This document shows, piece by piece, positions 14,801-28,738 of a DNA stretch of 64,000 bases. The DNA lies in assembly GCA_012295275.1 (NCBI GenBank), contig CM022669.1, positions 2,604,001 through 2,668,000 on the forward strand, in the 5' to 3' direction. Position 1 is the first letter of the stretch. Every line of letters begins with the position of its first letter. The notes under the pieces were generated by a model. That model worked only from the letters and a program-made list of their open reading frames with translations. It was not told the DNA's origin and did not search any database. The position numbers and the translations under genes were made by a program. This DNA is from Chrysomallon squamiferum (Eukaryota; Animalia; Mollusca).

Positions 14801-16405
14801 TATTCACAACATACATTCAAAATTGTAGACAAACTCTCACTCAGTCAGACTCAGTTATTTTCATTTGCTTATTTATGCATGCATGTATCACCAAAAGTAA
14901 ATATTAAATTATTTATTTAATATATTGAATGAAAGGTTACATTATGTAATGTGAGTGAACAGGTTAGTCACATTTAAATTTAAACATTTAAACATTCATG
15001 TTTAATTATTCTTAAAATAATGCAAAAATAAGAATAAAGTCAGTACATCTAATAATATTTACATACAAAAGAAACTAATATAAAAGTAAAATTATTTCAA
15101 TGTACCTGTCGTTCAAGCTGGATGACTTGACATTTGAGTAAATTTACTCGTCGCTCATCAAAACTCTCATGTGAACTTTCTGATAACAACTGCTGCAAAG
15201 TCAACCTAATGGGTAATCAAGTAATATTAAATAATATATCTCCTTCATGTTACAAGCCTTTAAAACCAATATATATATTTCTGAGGAAAGAAACGTCAAA
15301 AACTTTTAATTAATTAAACAACATCCCTATTTTTTTAAAACATTATTTCAGAAGAAAGAACATTTGCATTAATACAACCTACTTATCTGAAAATGAGAAG
15401 AAAATAGATGAATTTAATGATTTAGTCATTGAAGCAAAAAGTGATAAATGGTAGTTACATTAGTTACTTAGTTACTTATTTATAATGTTACAGATTTACA
15501 CTATGAATTTAAAAACTGCTAATTTGACTAAAATCCTGGTAATTTTCAAAATGACATCAGTCAAAGAAATAAAAAAAAGAAAACAAACTGTGAAATGTAT
15601 CATTCTTAGATGTTTACAGTTAATAATTAATATTCTACCTTATTTCATTCAGGTCTGTGCGCAGTTTCTTATTTTCTTCTTTCAGTGTCTGAAATAACAA
15701 TGTTTCATAACACAAACTTTGAAAACAGAGTAACTAGCATGCGATTGTTCCACTTAAGCTGGTTATTTCAAAGGTTTTAATGTTTAACCAAGAAACAGAT
15801 TTGCTCTGAGGACAAAAATTATACAACATTTATTATTCTTATTAGAAACAGATCTATTGCAAATAACCTTTTGTTTGGAAATTTTTTGATTAGCAACAAT
15901 CACTGAAGGTAAGTTAAATATATTTCATCTATTTGCATAACACAGAAATAAATAAAACAGTCATCTACAAACAGAGAAAATGTTCATCAAGGCTGTTATT
16001 ATGTGATTATCCGGTGAGAGAAAATACAGTTCTCCACTTACAGTTTAAAAAGAAAGCAAATCTTCTCATTTCTATGCTTATAAAATATTTAAGTTGTTAA
16101 TTACAATAGTAATAAGATAATTTAAAAGATAATATGCATGGGAATGTATTAATACACTTTAATATGTCAAAAATATGCTTAGTTATTTATGCGATATATT
16201 TTAGAATTGTGTAGCAATCTCTGAAATGTAAATAAAATGCTCAAATAGCACAAATATGAAAAACCTTAATTTCTTTTTCAGCTTTGGTAAAGCTAGCACT
16301 CTTAGCCTCGAATGAGTGATCATCAAAATTATCATTCCTTCTCAGAACTGTTTCTAATTTAAGTCTTCCACTGTCAAAACCAAATCTGGTTGTCATGGTG
16401 ATCAT
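8870..16405 (-). CDS. Uncharacterised coiled-coil-rich protein, 13 coding exons, ~671 aa
   Basis: Phase-consistent GT-AG exons (minus): 16405-16265, 15688-15639, 15205-15106, 14734-14646, 14189-14075, 13643-13512, 13116-12895, 12481-12326, 11767-11679, 11346-11288, 10956-10865, 10064-10010, 9585-8870. Total 2016 nt with no internal stop. Segments include TLKEENKKLRTDLNEIR, FDERRVNLLKCQVIQLERQ, LDHLNLKHIAQLESRLSLLYKEL, DDLLSLSLLYPSAPW, and a Ser/Lys-rich disordered tail. Confidence 0.9.
10524..10796. mobile_element. hAT-type MITE in an intron
   Basis: Left end CACTGGTTTTCAACC, right end GGTTGAAAGCATG (imperfect TIR). Flanking 8-bp target duplication CTTTAGAT (10516-10523) / CTTTAGAC (10797-10804). 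Confidence 0.7.
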
Positions 16406-17552
16406 AGAATTTCAAAGACTTACAAATCTGCAAATATACAAATAATATTGTTTCTCCAAGAATATAAAAAAGATGAACTATGAAGCAAAATAGTGCTAAT
16501 GAATTTCAGAATAAGAGACAGTTTGTTTAGATAAATTACTGATTTTAGTAAAAGGTGAATATACAATGGCATTATATTTATAACACTTACTGTTAACAAA
16601 ATTAATAATGTTTATTTTTATTATATTTAAATCAGTGTATTTAAATTTTTTCATTTATTATTATTATTTAATTTTTTTTTTTTGTTTTAACTTATAACAA
16701 AATACAAAACGTATAAACTATTAATTTCATTAACAGTTAAAGCTTCTTATCTCTTTCTACAGTAAATTTTCCTATTAAAGTCTAAGAACTAAATATTCCA
16801 GATAGGACACTGAAATAATTGCTCGCTTATCGGCATTGTTTAAGATTTAATATGAAGATATTTTATAAATATGAATTATATATAAAAAAAAATAATAATA
16901 AAAATAAAAAATGGATTTATAGGATGAATTTCAACTTTTAGAGCCCTAATTCTAGTAATTGCATTTTTCTTTTTTGATCGTCATTATCTTAATTATTATT
17001 AACAGCATCCTCACAAAAAGAAGAAAAAGAAAAAGGTATTATTCGTAAATATCCATTTATTTTATAATAAACTTTATTTAACTTTATGACTACCGTAAGG
17101 CACCTTTCAAGCATTTTATCTGAAAAACGAAAGAATATGTCTGATTATAGATGATTGATGTGTATGAATTTTGGTTTATATTTGGATGTAAATATTTCGA
17201 AACATAACATATATTAAACACAGACCCAATCTACTAAAATATGTTCGGTGCTACAAGTCAAAATAAAAGACCAGGTAGCCATTTGTAAACAAATACGTTC
17301 TTTTGTAAAGTTGGCTATATAATTTGAAGCACCGCAGAATGTGTACAGTTACTGCACTATAATTAAGTGATTATTGCGTATATAAGAAATAATAATATAG
17401 AAAAATTTAAATCTTATAATTTTTTTCTTTCTTTTATTATCTCTTTTTTCCAGATATGTATATCTACACCATGAGGTAATATAAATTGATTTCATATCTG
17501 CCTGGTAGTGAAAATACTTACGGACAATTTTTTTTTAAATACTTCTTGCATT

Positions 17553-17554
<2 letters not shown>

Positions 17555-17587
<33 letters not shown>

Positions 17588-17598
17588 TATTATTATTA

Positions 17599-17641
<43 letters not shown>

Positions 17642-17645
17642 TTTT
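17555..17645. repeat. (AAT)n followed directly by (ATT)n and (ATTT)n microsatellites
   Basis: Read directly from the sequence. Confidence 0.9.
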
Positions 17646-18189
17646 ATAATCTTTTTAACAAGTTTAGTATTCATCCTAGCCAATGCCCACAATAAATTTA
17701 AGTTCTTTCATGTCTTTGAGAAGGTAAAGATCAGTACTGCTAATAGTTTTCCTGAGACTTTGTCTGTATGGTGCTTAACCCATATGTCAGAGAATACATA
17801 CTTGAAAATTATAAATGTGTCGTGTATTGTGAAAAAAAAAAGAAGTATTACTTCCAATGTAGGAGTGATTTTTTCACCTTAGAATTCTTAAAAATAAATA
17901 ACATACTAAACTGTATTACTTTTAAAACAAACAACTATTAAGACGGAATGTATACAAAAAGATTTATCTTTACAATGATATTATGGCACAAGTGTATAAA
18001 ATATCAGTAAAAACATTTTTAATCTTAAAGTTTCTTTTATATTAGAAACAGATGAAATGTTACATCAGTTATTTACCTATGTACCAAACATACTAATAAA
18101 TTTTTATTTTCAAAATATTTACTTTATAATATGCAAAGCATAATGTTATATAAAATATGTATGAAAGACTATAAAATATAAATTTTGAT

Positions 18190-18224
<35 letters not shown>

Positions 18225-19934
18225 GACTAGACCTATAAAATTATGAACTTTAGTCCTGATTCACATATCTTTTTACAACTGGATTTATAAATATTTAATT
18301 TACTTAAATATAGAGAAGTTCAAACAATAACAGTTACCTTGAATTTCATAGTCCCTAAAAAAATAAATCACAACTGTAAACGTTATTATAATTTATACAG
18401 TTCACTGAAATTACAGTTTGTCTTAATGTTTTGTAATTTCTATGAAAGAAAAATAAGTGAATATTTAATGACAACCCAGCTTACAAATATATTCCACTAA
18501 AACAACTGTTTTGTATAAAACAAATCATTTTATATTATTGCTTGTAATACACCAGTATTTCATCTTTGGATTCATACATTAAAAGCCACCTTTACTTATC
18601 ATTACTTTAACCACTAATCCCTTTATCAGTTCTGTTTTAGTCTCTCTTATAAAAGCATAGTACAGCCTGTCCTTTACTTCAGTGTTTGCAATTTACATCA
18701 ATTTGCATTTATGTCTGTGATAAAAAACCCACAAAAAATAAAACCCATAAATATAATTAAAAAAATAAAATATAATGAAATATTTATATTTTTTAAAGAA
18801 AAAGATCAATAAAAAACATGGTTCATTTCCTTACTGCAGTGGTAGGAAACATTGAGTAAAACAAGTAAACAAAGAAATGTAAATATATTCTGAGTGATGT
18901 CAATTCCAATAAAGCAAACTGATTTTAAGTAGCTGTAATTCTATTTTCAGTGAGAGTCTCACATCTGGTTTATCAGGGGTTATGGTATAAGCTTCCTTGT
19001 CTATGGAAAGAAATTTTATATACATGAAAAAATATTTAAAAATGGTTTAATATGTTCATTCAAAAGTAAGAAAATATATTTTTGAAAAAAGAAGAAAAAG
19101 ATAGATGTGAATCCTGATATGAGCTAAAAATAACTAATATTTTTAAATTCAATCATAATGTTAAAATTTTCATGTTAGAACTTCTGCAAAAATTTCTTTG
19201 CTTCCTAATAATATTCAAACTGCAGCAAATTTTGTTTGGTCATCAGTAATAACAAGCACAGCTCAGTCTTAGTACATAGCGCTGTTTGGAAATGATCACA
19301 GTTTACACTTTGTACACAACACACACATCACAGTTTTACTGTGGATAAACTGTTTATCTGCTTATGCATGACACAAAGTTACACATAATCATTTTTAAGT
19401 TTGGTTTTGCTGTAGTTTTTAAATTTTTTTGTTTGTTGGGGGTATGGATATTTGATCACCTTATTGAAATATCCATTACAGATTTTGAAGATTATATCAC
19501 TCCACGTCTTGATACATTACAGTATAATTATAGAAATGACCATTAATGCTTTTGCCAAGTTATAACCAGTTAAAATATGTCAGTCTCATTTTTGATTTTT
19601 ATGATTTTTTTTAATGCTAAAGATAAGAAATGTCTATTATGCTTTTTCAAGATAGGCTAATAAAATTAACAGTGGTATCATATCACTGGAAGTCTTGTTG
19701 TAATATAATTATTGAAATGTCCAATACACATTTTGTAGATGTTTCAACAATCATATTATATTACTCTGGATCTTCTTCTTTTAAGTTGTTGCAGTGTCCA
19801 CTATGGTCAAAATTAAAGTTAATACAATATATTCCTCTTGAATTCTTGTTTTGCAACAGCAGTTGAGACCTTAGTTAGAGACCAGGAATGATACTATTAT
19901 GATTCTTAATTCCTGTTAGGGTATATTTATCTGC

Positions 19935-22900
19935 TCAGATGTCTGTTAAGGTTTTTTTTTGTATGTGACTTTGTATAAATTCAGCAATGACACTTATGTT
20001 GCCATCAGTGTGTCGTTGTATAAATTGATGATTCTAAAAAAAAAAAAAAAAATGTTAGCAAATAAATCAAACAACAACTGACAAATAAGATTATTTAAGA
20101 ATTTTATTTTCAATAAGAAAGGTCAAGATGATGTCAGTACAAATCCATGTTTTGTCCTAAAATTTAATATTACAAAAGAATATGGAAAGTAGGGTATCTA
20201 AATTAAAGATGTATATATGTGAATCACACATTTTCATTTAGAAGTATCAAAATAAATAAAAATCAATGTATCCTTTTACAAGAATTGTGTTTGGTTGCTG
20301 TATCTAATTGTTGTATTTGTAACTAATTGTCTTAAATTTTGATCAAGCAGTTATCTTTAATATCAACAAAAAATGTATTTAAAATATTACCTCTTTGTAA
20401 TTGTATTAAAAATTTAGTAGTAATGTATACAGACACAAAATATTTGGATAACAACAATAAAAATTATTACTACCATTAAATCTGAAGCAGTTAATCTCAG
20501 ACTAGGGTCTTTTACCATGCTGAAAAATAAGTCCAATAAATAATTGTCTGCTAACATTCATTTTAAACAAAAATGGTTTATCCATGGGAATAGTTCTACT
20601 CACAACTGTTATGAAAAGTAGTGTTTCACTGTTTATTAAATGAACCTCTTTACTACCAAAGTAGGTATTGCCATTGAACAGCAACAAATTTGAATTATGT
20701 ATCTATACATCGTAATTTTCTTTAAGTTATTTTTTGTTTTCTTTTCATTTCAGATTACTGGTATATGATCAACTTTCTTATTTTTAATTTTTTTTTAAAA
20801 ATAAATACATATCTTCTGTAAAAGTGAACTTTCAATTATTATTATTGTTATTATTTTTTTTTTTTTTTTTTTTTTTTTCATTTCAGTTCATAAAGCTCAA
20901 ACAAAATTGCTGTAAAACTAATTACCTCTGTCCAACTAGATTCACAAACTGTGGAGAAAATAATTCCTGAGGCAAACTCATGGGTTTCTAAGGAAATAAA
21001 TAAACTCTTATATTAAAATATAAGCACAATAGTATTAACATTTTATAACTTTTTATATACTTCCAAGTAACTACCACTAAATATTAAACTAGATGTTTAG
21101 AGAGATATAGTCAGCTTTAAAACAATTATTATTGTAATAGATGAAAATGACGAAGCAGTACAAAACAAATAATATTTTCCAATGCAGCAAAGATAATTAT
21201 AAATTAAAAATAATAAAACTACTTACTTCATTCACAATACAGTTCATTAGGTCAAAAGGCTGAAAAATTATTTTAAAAATTGCAATTGTCTCTATATAAT
21301 CTGCATTGACGTTTTGTTTAAATATGATATTCATTTATATATATATACATGTATATATATAAAAAACACACATTCACACACACAGAAGTTATATATATTT
21401 TGGGCACTGTAATCTTTATTAATAAAAATATAATACATATTCATCTTGACATTAAAGCACTTTGCATTTTAGCTGATCAAAGATTAATTTCAGTTATTTA
21501 TGAACTAAATAACAATGAACATTTTGAATACATTTGTTTTTATAACAAAGTATCATTTGAAGCCTGTGAATATCCTGCCAAATATGTATACAGTTTATAT
21601 TTTCTTTGTAAATACCATCTATCATTAAATAACCCCCTGCATTAATTTAGCTCTAATTCTTTCACTGTTCATTGTAACAAATACAAATTTATATGTATCA
21701 TATTCTTATTAAAATAATACCTACCAACATTTGGCTTGATATCTGAAAAAGAAACATAAATAAATAGAACAGACAATAAAAGAAAAATTGTAATGTAAAG
21801 TAAATTAAAAAACATGCATTCAATATGTATATATTTATTGATATCAATAACTACTGCTGTTTTCTAAAAAATTATTTTTATTCATCTCTGCATTAATTAA
21901 ATCATGATTTAGCAAGGTTCAAATGGAAAGTTCAAATTTGATTTTCTATGATTTATACAAGTGCACTGTGGGACAGTTGATACAATTAACCATAGAAGAT
22001 ATCACATTCAGAGACATTCAGTCTGATTTTAATCAGTATAAAAAGTTCAGTCACTTAAAATATATGTAAACATATATGTTAATACTCACAGATTTAAAAG
22101 GCAGTTTCCCAGTTGCAAGCTGAAATTTAAATAATTATTTTTGCTGGTAAATAATGAACAGAAACATATGTATATATTTTAAATATATAAAGAAATGAAA
22201 AATCTAAGTATGATCAAATTTGATCAAAGTTATTTTAAACAAAAACAAAAATGAAAAATAAAATAATGTAAGTCATTTACCTCAAACATGGTAACTCCAA
22301 AACTCCACACTTCAGCAGGTATGTAGTATTTTTCACCCTGAATTCTCTCTGGCTGAAATTATTGAAAAAAAATAATAATAATAATTTGAAGTGTTTTCTC
22401 TTTTTATTTTGTCTACTAATTCAACTCTCTTATGTAATAAAGAAAACATTTTGTTTAATATTTGAAACCATCTGCAGTATTTATTTAAACTAACTTTTGT
22501 AAAACTGAATGAAATAATATTAATTAAGACAGTAAATATAGTTAGCTAAAATGTCACTGTTAGTTAAATGAAGTTTGACTGAATACTTTGATTTGGTATC
22601 CCCCCATTAGTCAGAACACCATTTATCAGACACCCACCAGAACCCCATTTGTCAGACTCACACAGATAATCTCTAGCCCATTACCTATGTGAATAATGGG
22701 CACGGCCCAACAAAAATAACAGAACTAAAAGTCCGCATAACATAACGCATAATTTAATAATTTATATTGTCTAGAGCACAGCACTGTAAGTTTGTGAGGG
22801 GTTAGTTAATATAGTCCACATTTCGTTGTCAACAGTTCAGTCCAGCCCACCTTAACCAGTTTCGCCACTGCGTCCAGGAACTGAAGATCGGTCTTGACTG

Positions 22901-23695
22901 CTTGGGCAAGCTGGTCCTAGAGGCGGCTGAGGTGGTTGTCGATCTCCCTGTAGACTCGCTTGTGGGAAGGAGCAGTGCACGGAAGGAAGGTCAGCTGAGT
23001 GAGCTTTGCTTTCTCTGCCTTCTCAATCTTCTTGAAAATATTTACCAGGCAGAATACATTCAGGTGGTCATGATACAGTGACACATAAGACTGGCTGTGG
23101 AACCATTCTAGGTTATTGTGGGTCCTTGGACCAAAGGTCTGGAAGTGGTTCCTCATGTTAGGCGGGAACCTAGCATCACCATCGACCCAGTTCACGATGC
23201 AGGTATTCTGCACATCCACCAGGGGAAGGAGAGGCATGTCGGATCCATTGCTGCACGGCTGGATTTTCCTTGTAGGCAACTGCAAGGCCAAGGTCGACAG
23301 TTTTCCTACACATGGCTTGACTGAAATGAAAAAAGCACCCTTTCACCTCAGCTCTGGGAAGGTGCTGTCCATGTAGATGGTGTCGGTTTCCTTGAGTGCT
23401 TGGAGCTGGGTGTCAGTTGCAAAAATGAGCACATTGTTTCTGTTCAAGGGTTTCTGTTCACTGACGAACCTGATACCAGTGGCGTCTGCAGGAGGGTGGG
23501 TGTGGTCAGTGAAGTCTCTAATATACTCCCCTACCATTGTACATCTTCTGGTACATGTCTTATTGAACATCTCCAATAGATACCATTTTTATTGAAGTGA
23601 TATCCCTGAAACAGTACCTGGGAAGTGACATACTCAACTTGCTGCAGTCCAGCCATAGTGATAGTACTGACACTTTGCCATACAATGATATATAT

Positions 23696-23733
<38 letters not shown>

Positions 23734-26700
23734 GTACAGACTGATTCCCAAGACAGATAGCTCATCGGTAGTCAATCTACTCAATTTATTTAAATGCACA
23801 GCTGACAAATATGTTCTCATTCCAATGCAAGAGTTACCATCAATTAAACAATGAAATACCAAGCTCATTGGGCTATCCCATTATGGCAATAGTGAGGCCA
23901 GCCAATCAAACTAATTACACTGTCTCACAAACTGTCTAACAAATGGGGTGGAACCCTTTGATTCATGTAAGAAATATGTATTTAGAGATATCCCAAGAGG
24001 GCACAGATTTTAACTGAAAACTGTGAAAAATACTCGTCATACCTCAGGCTAGATTAGTACAAATCATCTTATTCTGTATAATAACATAACTTCTATAAAC
24101 AATAATAAAAATCCCAGTTTTAGACAATTCACAGGCACTGATCACATATTCTGTGTATTAGTAATTTGTTAGTTTACTCACAGCCATATAAACATTAGTT
24201 CCAATGAAAGTTATAGCTATAGATTTCACCAACTGAAAGATAAAAACATTTCATAATGTTACACTAGATATTTCCATTTCAGCTCTAGATAATTATGTAA
24301 ACAATATATGATATCACAACACAGTTTAATAAAAAATAATTATAGTTTCAACTCTAATTTTGTTAATAATAAAGTATTGCCAGTAGAATATGGAACCCAA
24401 AGAGAATTTTAGAGGATAATATTTACCTTTTTTCAATCATTTCATAGAAAGAAGTGACAAATAGGCCAACCAAATCATCCAATATTTCACATTTAAAATT
24501 ACACCATAAAACAAGTAAAATAGTAACCTCCTTCAACCACCATAGACTTAACATTATTATTACATTTTATTACAACTTGATTTCAATAATTAAATGAAAT
24601 TTTTTTTTGAAAACATAATTTTATTTATATGTATTTGTACATATTTTTACTGTATAGTTCTGATGTTAAATTATAGATTTCATTTATGAAATATCTAAGT
24701 TAATTTATTCATTCTACTAACCTGTGTACTGACACCAAAATCACAAAGTTTCACTTCTCCTTTGGTATTCACTAAAACATTAGATGGTTTGATATCTGAA
24801 ATTCAATACATTACAGAAATATATTCATTATTTAACATCTGAGTAAAGAATAACCACAAAACCAATTAACAATCTATATATTATACATAAGATAAATTTT
24901 ATTCAATTAAAAATATCTGCGGATCAAGATGTATCAATGATTGAAGATTTACAAATTCATTAGTATGGATTAATTAATGTTTGGCATTAAAAATTTATCA
25001 CATAATAAACATGAGAGAACCAGCATTTCAGAAATAGTTATAATCATTCAGACAATATTATTTTTGAAAATTTAATTAATTTAACTAACCCCTATGTAGA
25101 AAACTTAAATTCCACATGTACACTAAGCCATCAATTATGTACACAGCCATTCTGCCTAAAACTGGTTCTGGAATAGGCATAAATCTGTTGAGAGAGCCAC
25201 CTGTAATAAAAACATAACCAAAGTAAAACTACACCTGTGATAAAACTAATAAATCAAACTAATCATTATGTTCTAAGTAACCACTGATTATTATCTTTTT
25301 ATTATAATAACAATAAATATAATTTTATCATAATAAGTTTTTAAACGGAAGGCTTCATAAACAATCAGTTCTATCTATTAGAAATTATGAAATATGCTTA
25401 CATCCACTGAAGTGTCATTTATTATATTATGTCAAAACACAGATGCAGATATACCCAGTCACATATGCACTCTCAACACACACACACATTTTTGAAGTAA
25501 ATGAAACAAACAATAAATAACAAATAAACACACTGCAACAAATTAGAAATCAAATAAGAAAAGAAATGTTACCATCCATGAACTCTGTACAAATGGAGAT
25601 ACGATTTTCCAAGAAGAAAGAACCATAGAATGCAATAATAGATCTGGATTTACACTGCAATTTAAACAAAAATAATAAATATATAACACAACACTTTTTT
25701 CTTCAGAAATTTAATCAAGTTCATTTTTACTTTATGATTAACAGATTAACTCAACAATTTTGTTTTGCTAAACAATATCAAGTATACAGTTAATAATCAT
25801 TGAGGTAAGAGGGACAACTACTGCTATAAACTGATATTACTACCTTTTTTTTAATTAGAAGCAATGGATCTACTGTGTGTGTGTGTGTGTGTGTGCATGT
25901 GTGCATGCATATATGCCTTACCATAAACAGGAAATTATATTCTTCAGCTTATGATCAATGGCTGAGACAGAATCTGACCAAATAAATGTTCTGGTGATTT
26001 GAATCACTTAAGAAAACATTAAATATGGAATCAACATAATGATAGGAGATTACATTTATACAAGCCTGTATTCTGTAAAAAGACACACAATGTGGCTATT
26101 AAAATATTATGTTTATATTTAAGTAAATTTGTCTTACTTTATATAAAACTTCCAGCTCTGAAATAATTTGTTTCTGAACTTCAGGTGAAATATCAAGTTG
26201 TATTACCTGTATGAATCAATAAACAGTCAGAATTATAGCACACTGGAATTAAAACAAATATTTGTGTGTATATGTGAGTGAGTGGATTGTAAGTCTGTAT
26301 GTGTGTGTGTGTTTGTATGCAAGCAAGTGTGTATCTTATTGTGAAATGTATTAAATATACAAGTATGAATTAAAACAAAAAAGATAATTTGCATTAATAC
26401 TAATAATATAATACTTGTGAAGATTAAATTCTCAGAAAGTCAGGACAAAAGCTATTGTGTTCTTTATCACCATAATCTATCAGAAACCATTTTAAATATT
26501 TTTCATTGAACAAAAAATAAAATAAAATACAGATCATTAAATAAGTAGTCAAGCCCAGTTCAAGAGAAATTCATACCTTGACTGCTAGCAGTCTACCTGA
26601 TGGTTTGTGTATTGCCCTATAAAGAGAAAAAACAACAACAATAAAAACTGAATAAATGAATGTCTTCATGACACAGAAACATCTGGCAACTTTTAGAAGT

Positions 26701-28702
26701 TACAAAAATCTTAAAATATTAATCTTAACATTCAAAATCTAAATCAAATTTTAATGATTCATGATTAAAATGAAATGAAAATCCTAATTATGTTGGAACA
26801 AAATCATATTTTACTGGTGAAATATACTAACAGTATGTTAACTGGTTGATTCATTTATAATTACAATTTGACTGGTCGATGCTAGTTAAAACTAAGTTTT
26901 GAATGGTTCATTATAATTATAATTACACCCAGATTGGTTGACTAATTGCAATTTGACTGGCTGAGTGTAGTTATCACTACAGTTTGCCTGGCTGAAAACA
27001 ATTATGATTGTATTTTGACAGACTATAGTCTTGACTGCATTGATTGGTAGACTACAGTTATGCTTCTCTTTTGATCGGTGTATAATTGACTTTTTAAATA
27101 TCAATAAAAGCACCTGCTAACTCTGCCACCATTGCCAGATCCAATAAAGTCAAGAATCTGGAGGTCATCAGTTATTGTTCCACAAGCAAGAACATCACGA
27201 ATATCAAAGGAATTCCGATGAGAGGAACTGTAATAAACAATTAGCTAAAGAACATCTTAATACACAACAGAAAAAAAATCCAATCTAACAATGAAGATTT
27301 TTTTAAAAGATTTTTTTAATAACAAAAATGCGTAATAGTAAATCTCTAAAACATTGTGATGTCACAGGTTTTAATTTTTCAGTGCACTTTTATTTTACTG
27401 CTATAGGTACATACAGTTTTTAAAATTTATTTTTACAGTCAGAAAGATGTAGCTGATTGACAGATGCTTGAAAAAGTCACAAAACAGTTTTTGAATGATT
27501 AAACAAACCTCACTGACACAATAGGATCTACAACTGGTACAGGATTGGATTGTTCTACCTGGCTTTCTTCTTTGTCAGGTGGCTTTCTTGGTTTTACCTA
27601 GATGCAAATATTGACTATTAGTCTGTGACTAATTGCACTTTATAATATTCAATTTCATACGCATTTTCAAAATTTTACTTGGCAAATGTCAATGAAAATT
27701 CTATTTCATAAAAACATAAATATGTAATTTTGTTTATATAGTTTTAGTGGCTAAATAATATATTTATTTTGTGTCCATACTGTCTCAAAGATACAAAACT
27801 GCTTAATTCAAAAATATTCTCTGTAATGTTAAAATATAATTTCTAAATAATCTAATATTGCTATGATATAAAAAACTTTTATATTTAGTTGGGGTTTTCT
27901 TTTATCAAAAGCAAAGCTACCAATTAGTGTAGTAATTAGATGTTAGTATTATGAGAACAAATGACAGATGTTTCTATCTACTCACTATACATGTTAAGTC
28001 ATGAATATTACGTTTCTGTGCTGTCTTGCCATCTGAAATTAAAAATAGGTTGAAATACACAAAATACAAGTTATTCTTGCTTTGTCTGTAGATATTTCAC
28101 AGATCAGACTTACTGTACACCAAATTAACTTCCATACTTAAAAATTAACTGGGTACATTTGGAATTTAATTTTCATATATTTTGCCATATATTTTTTTTT
28201 GTTGTTGTTTTTTTAAATTATATACAAACAATAAACAAAAAGGTTGATGTGTAAAAGGTATTTACAAATCTTGACACTTTTTTATATTTCCTGTGCTTCT
28301 GTCTGAAAATACACTGTTCTTACTGTGTGTTCTTCATAAAAAATGATCCAAAGATTTTTCACATACTCAGGTCAGATCTACTTCATCATTATTACTAATA
28401 AATTATTACACAGTCTCTCATATAAAAAATTACAGTCAATGACAGTTTTAATTATTAGCAATTATCATTGGTTTCTTTTGTAAGTCATATTTTCTTTTCA
28501 CACAGATAATAAATTCTATACAAATATAGCAAAGCCATGGTCTAAAAAAATGTGTACAGAACATACGTTTTGGGTAAATTATCAATGGTGGAAACAATCC
28601 TCTATATCGATCTTCATCGCTCATTTCCTTAAAATACTGAAATTAAAAAATTAAAACCATCTGTTCATTTTTTTGTCTGTTTGCTTTGCCTACTTATTCA
28701 TC

Positions 28703-28738
<36 letters not shown>

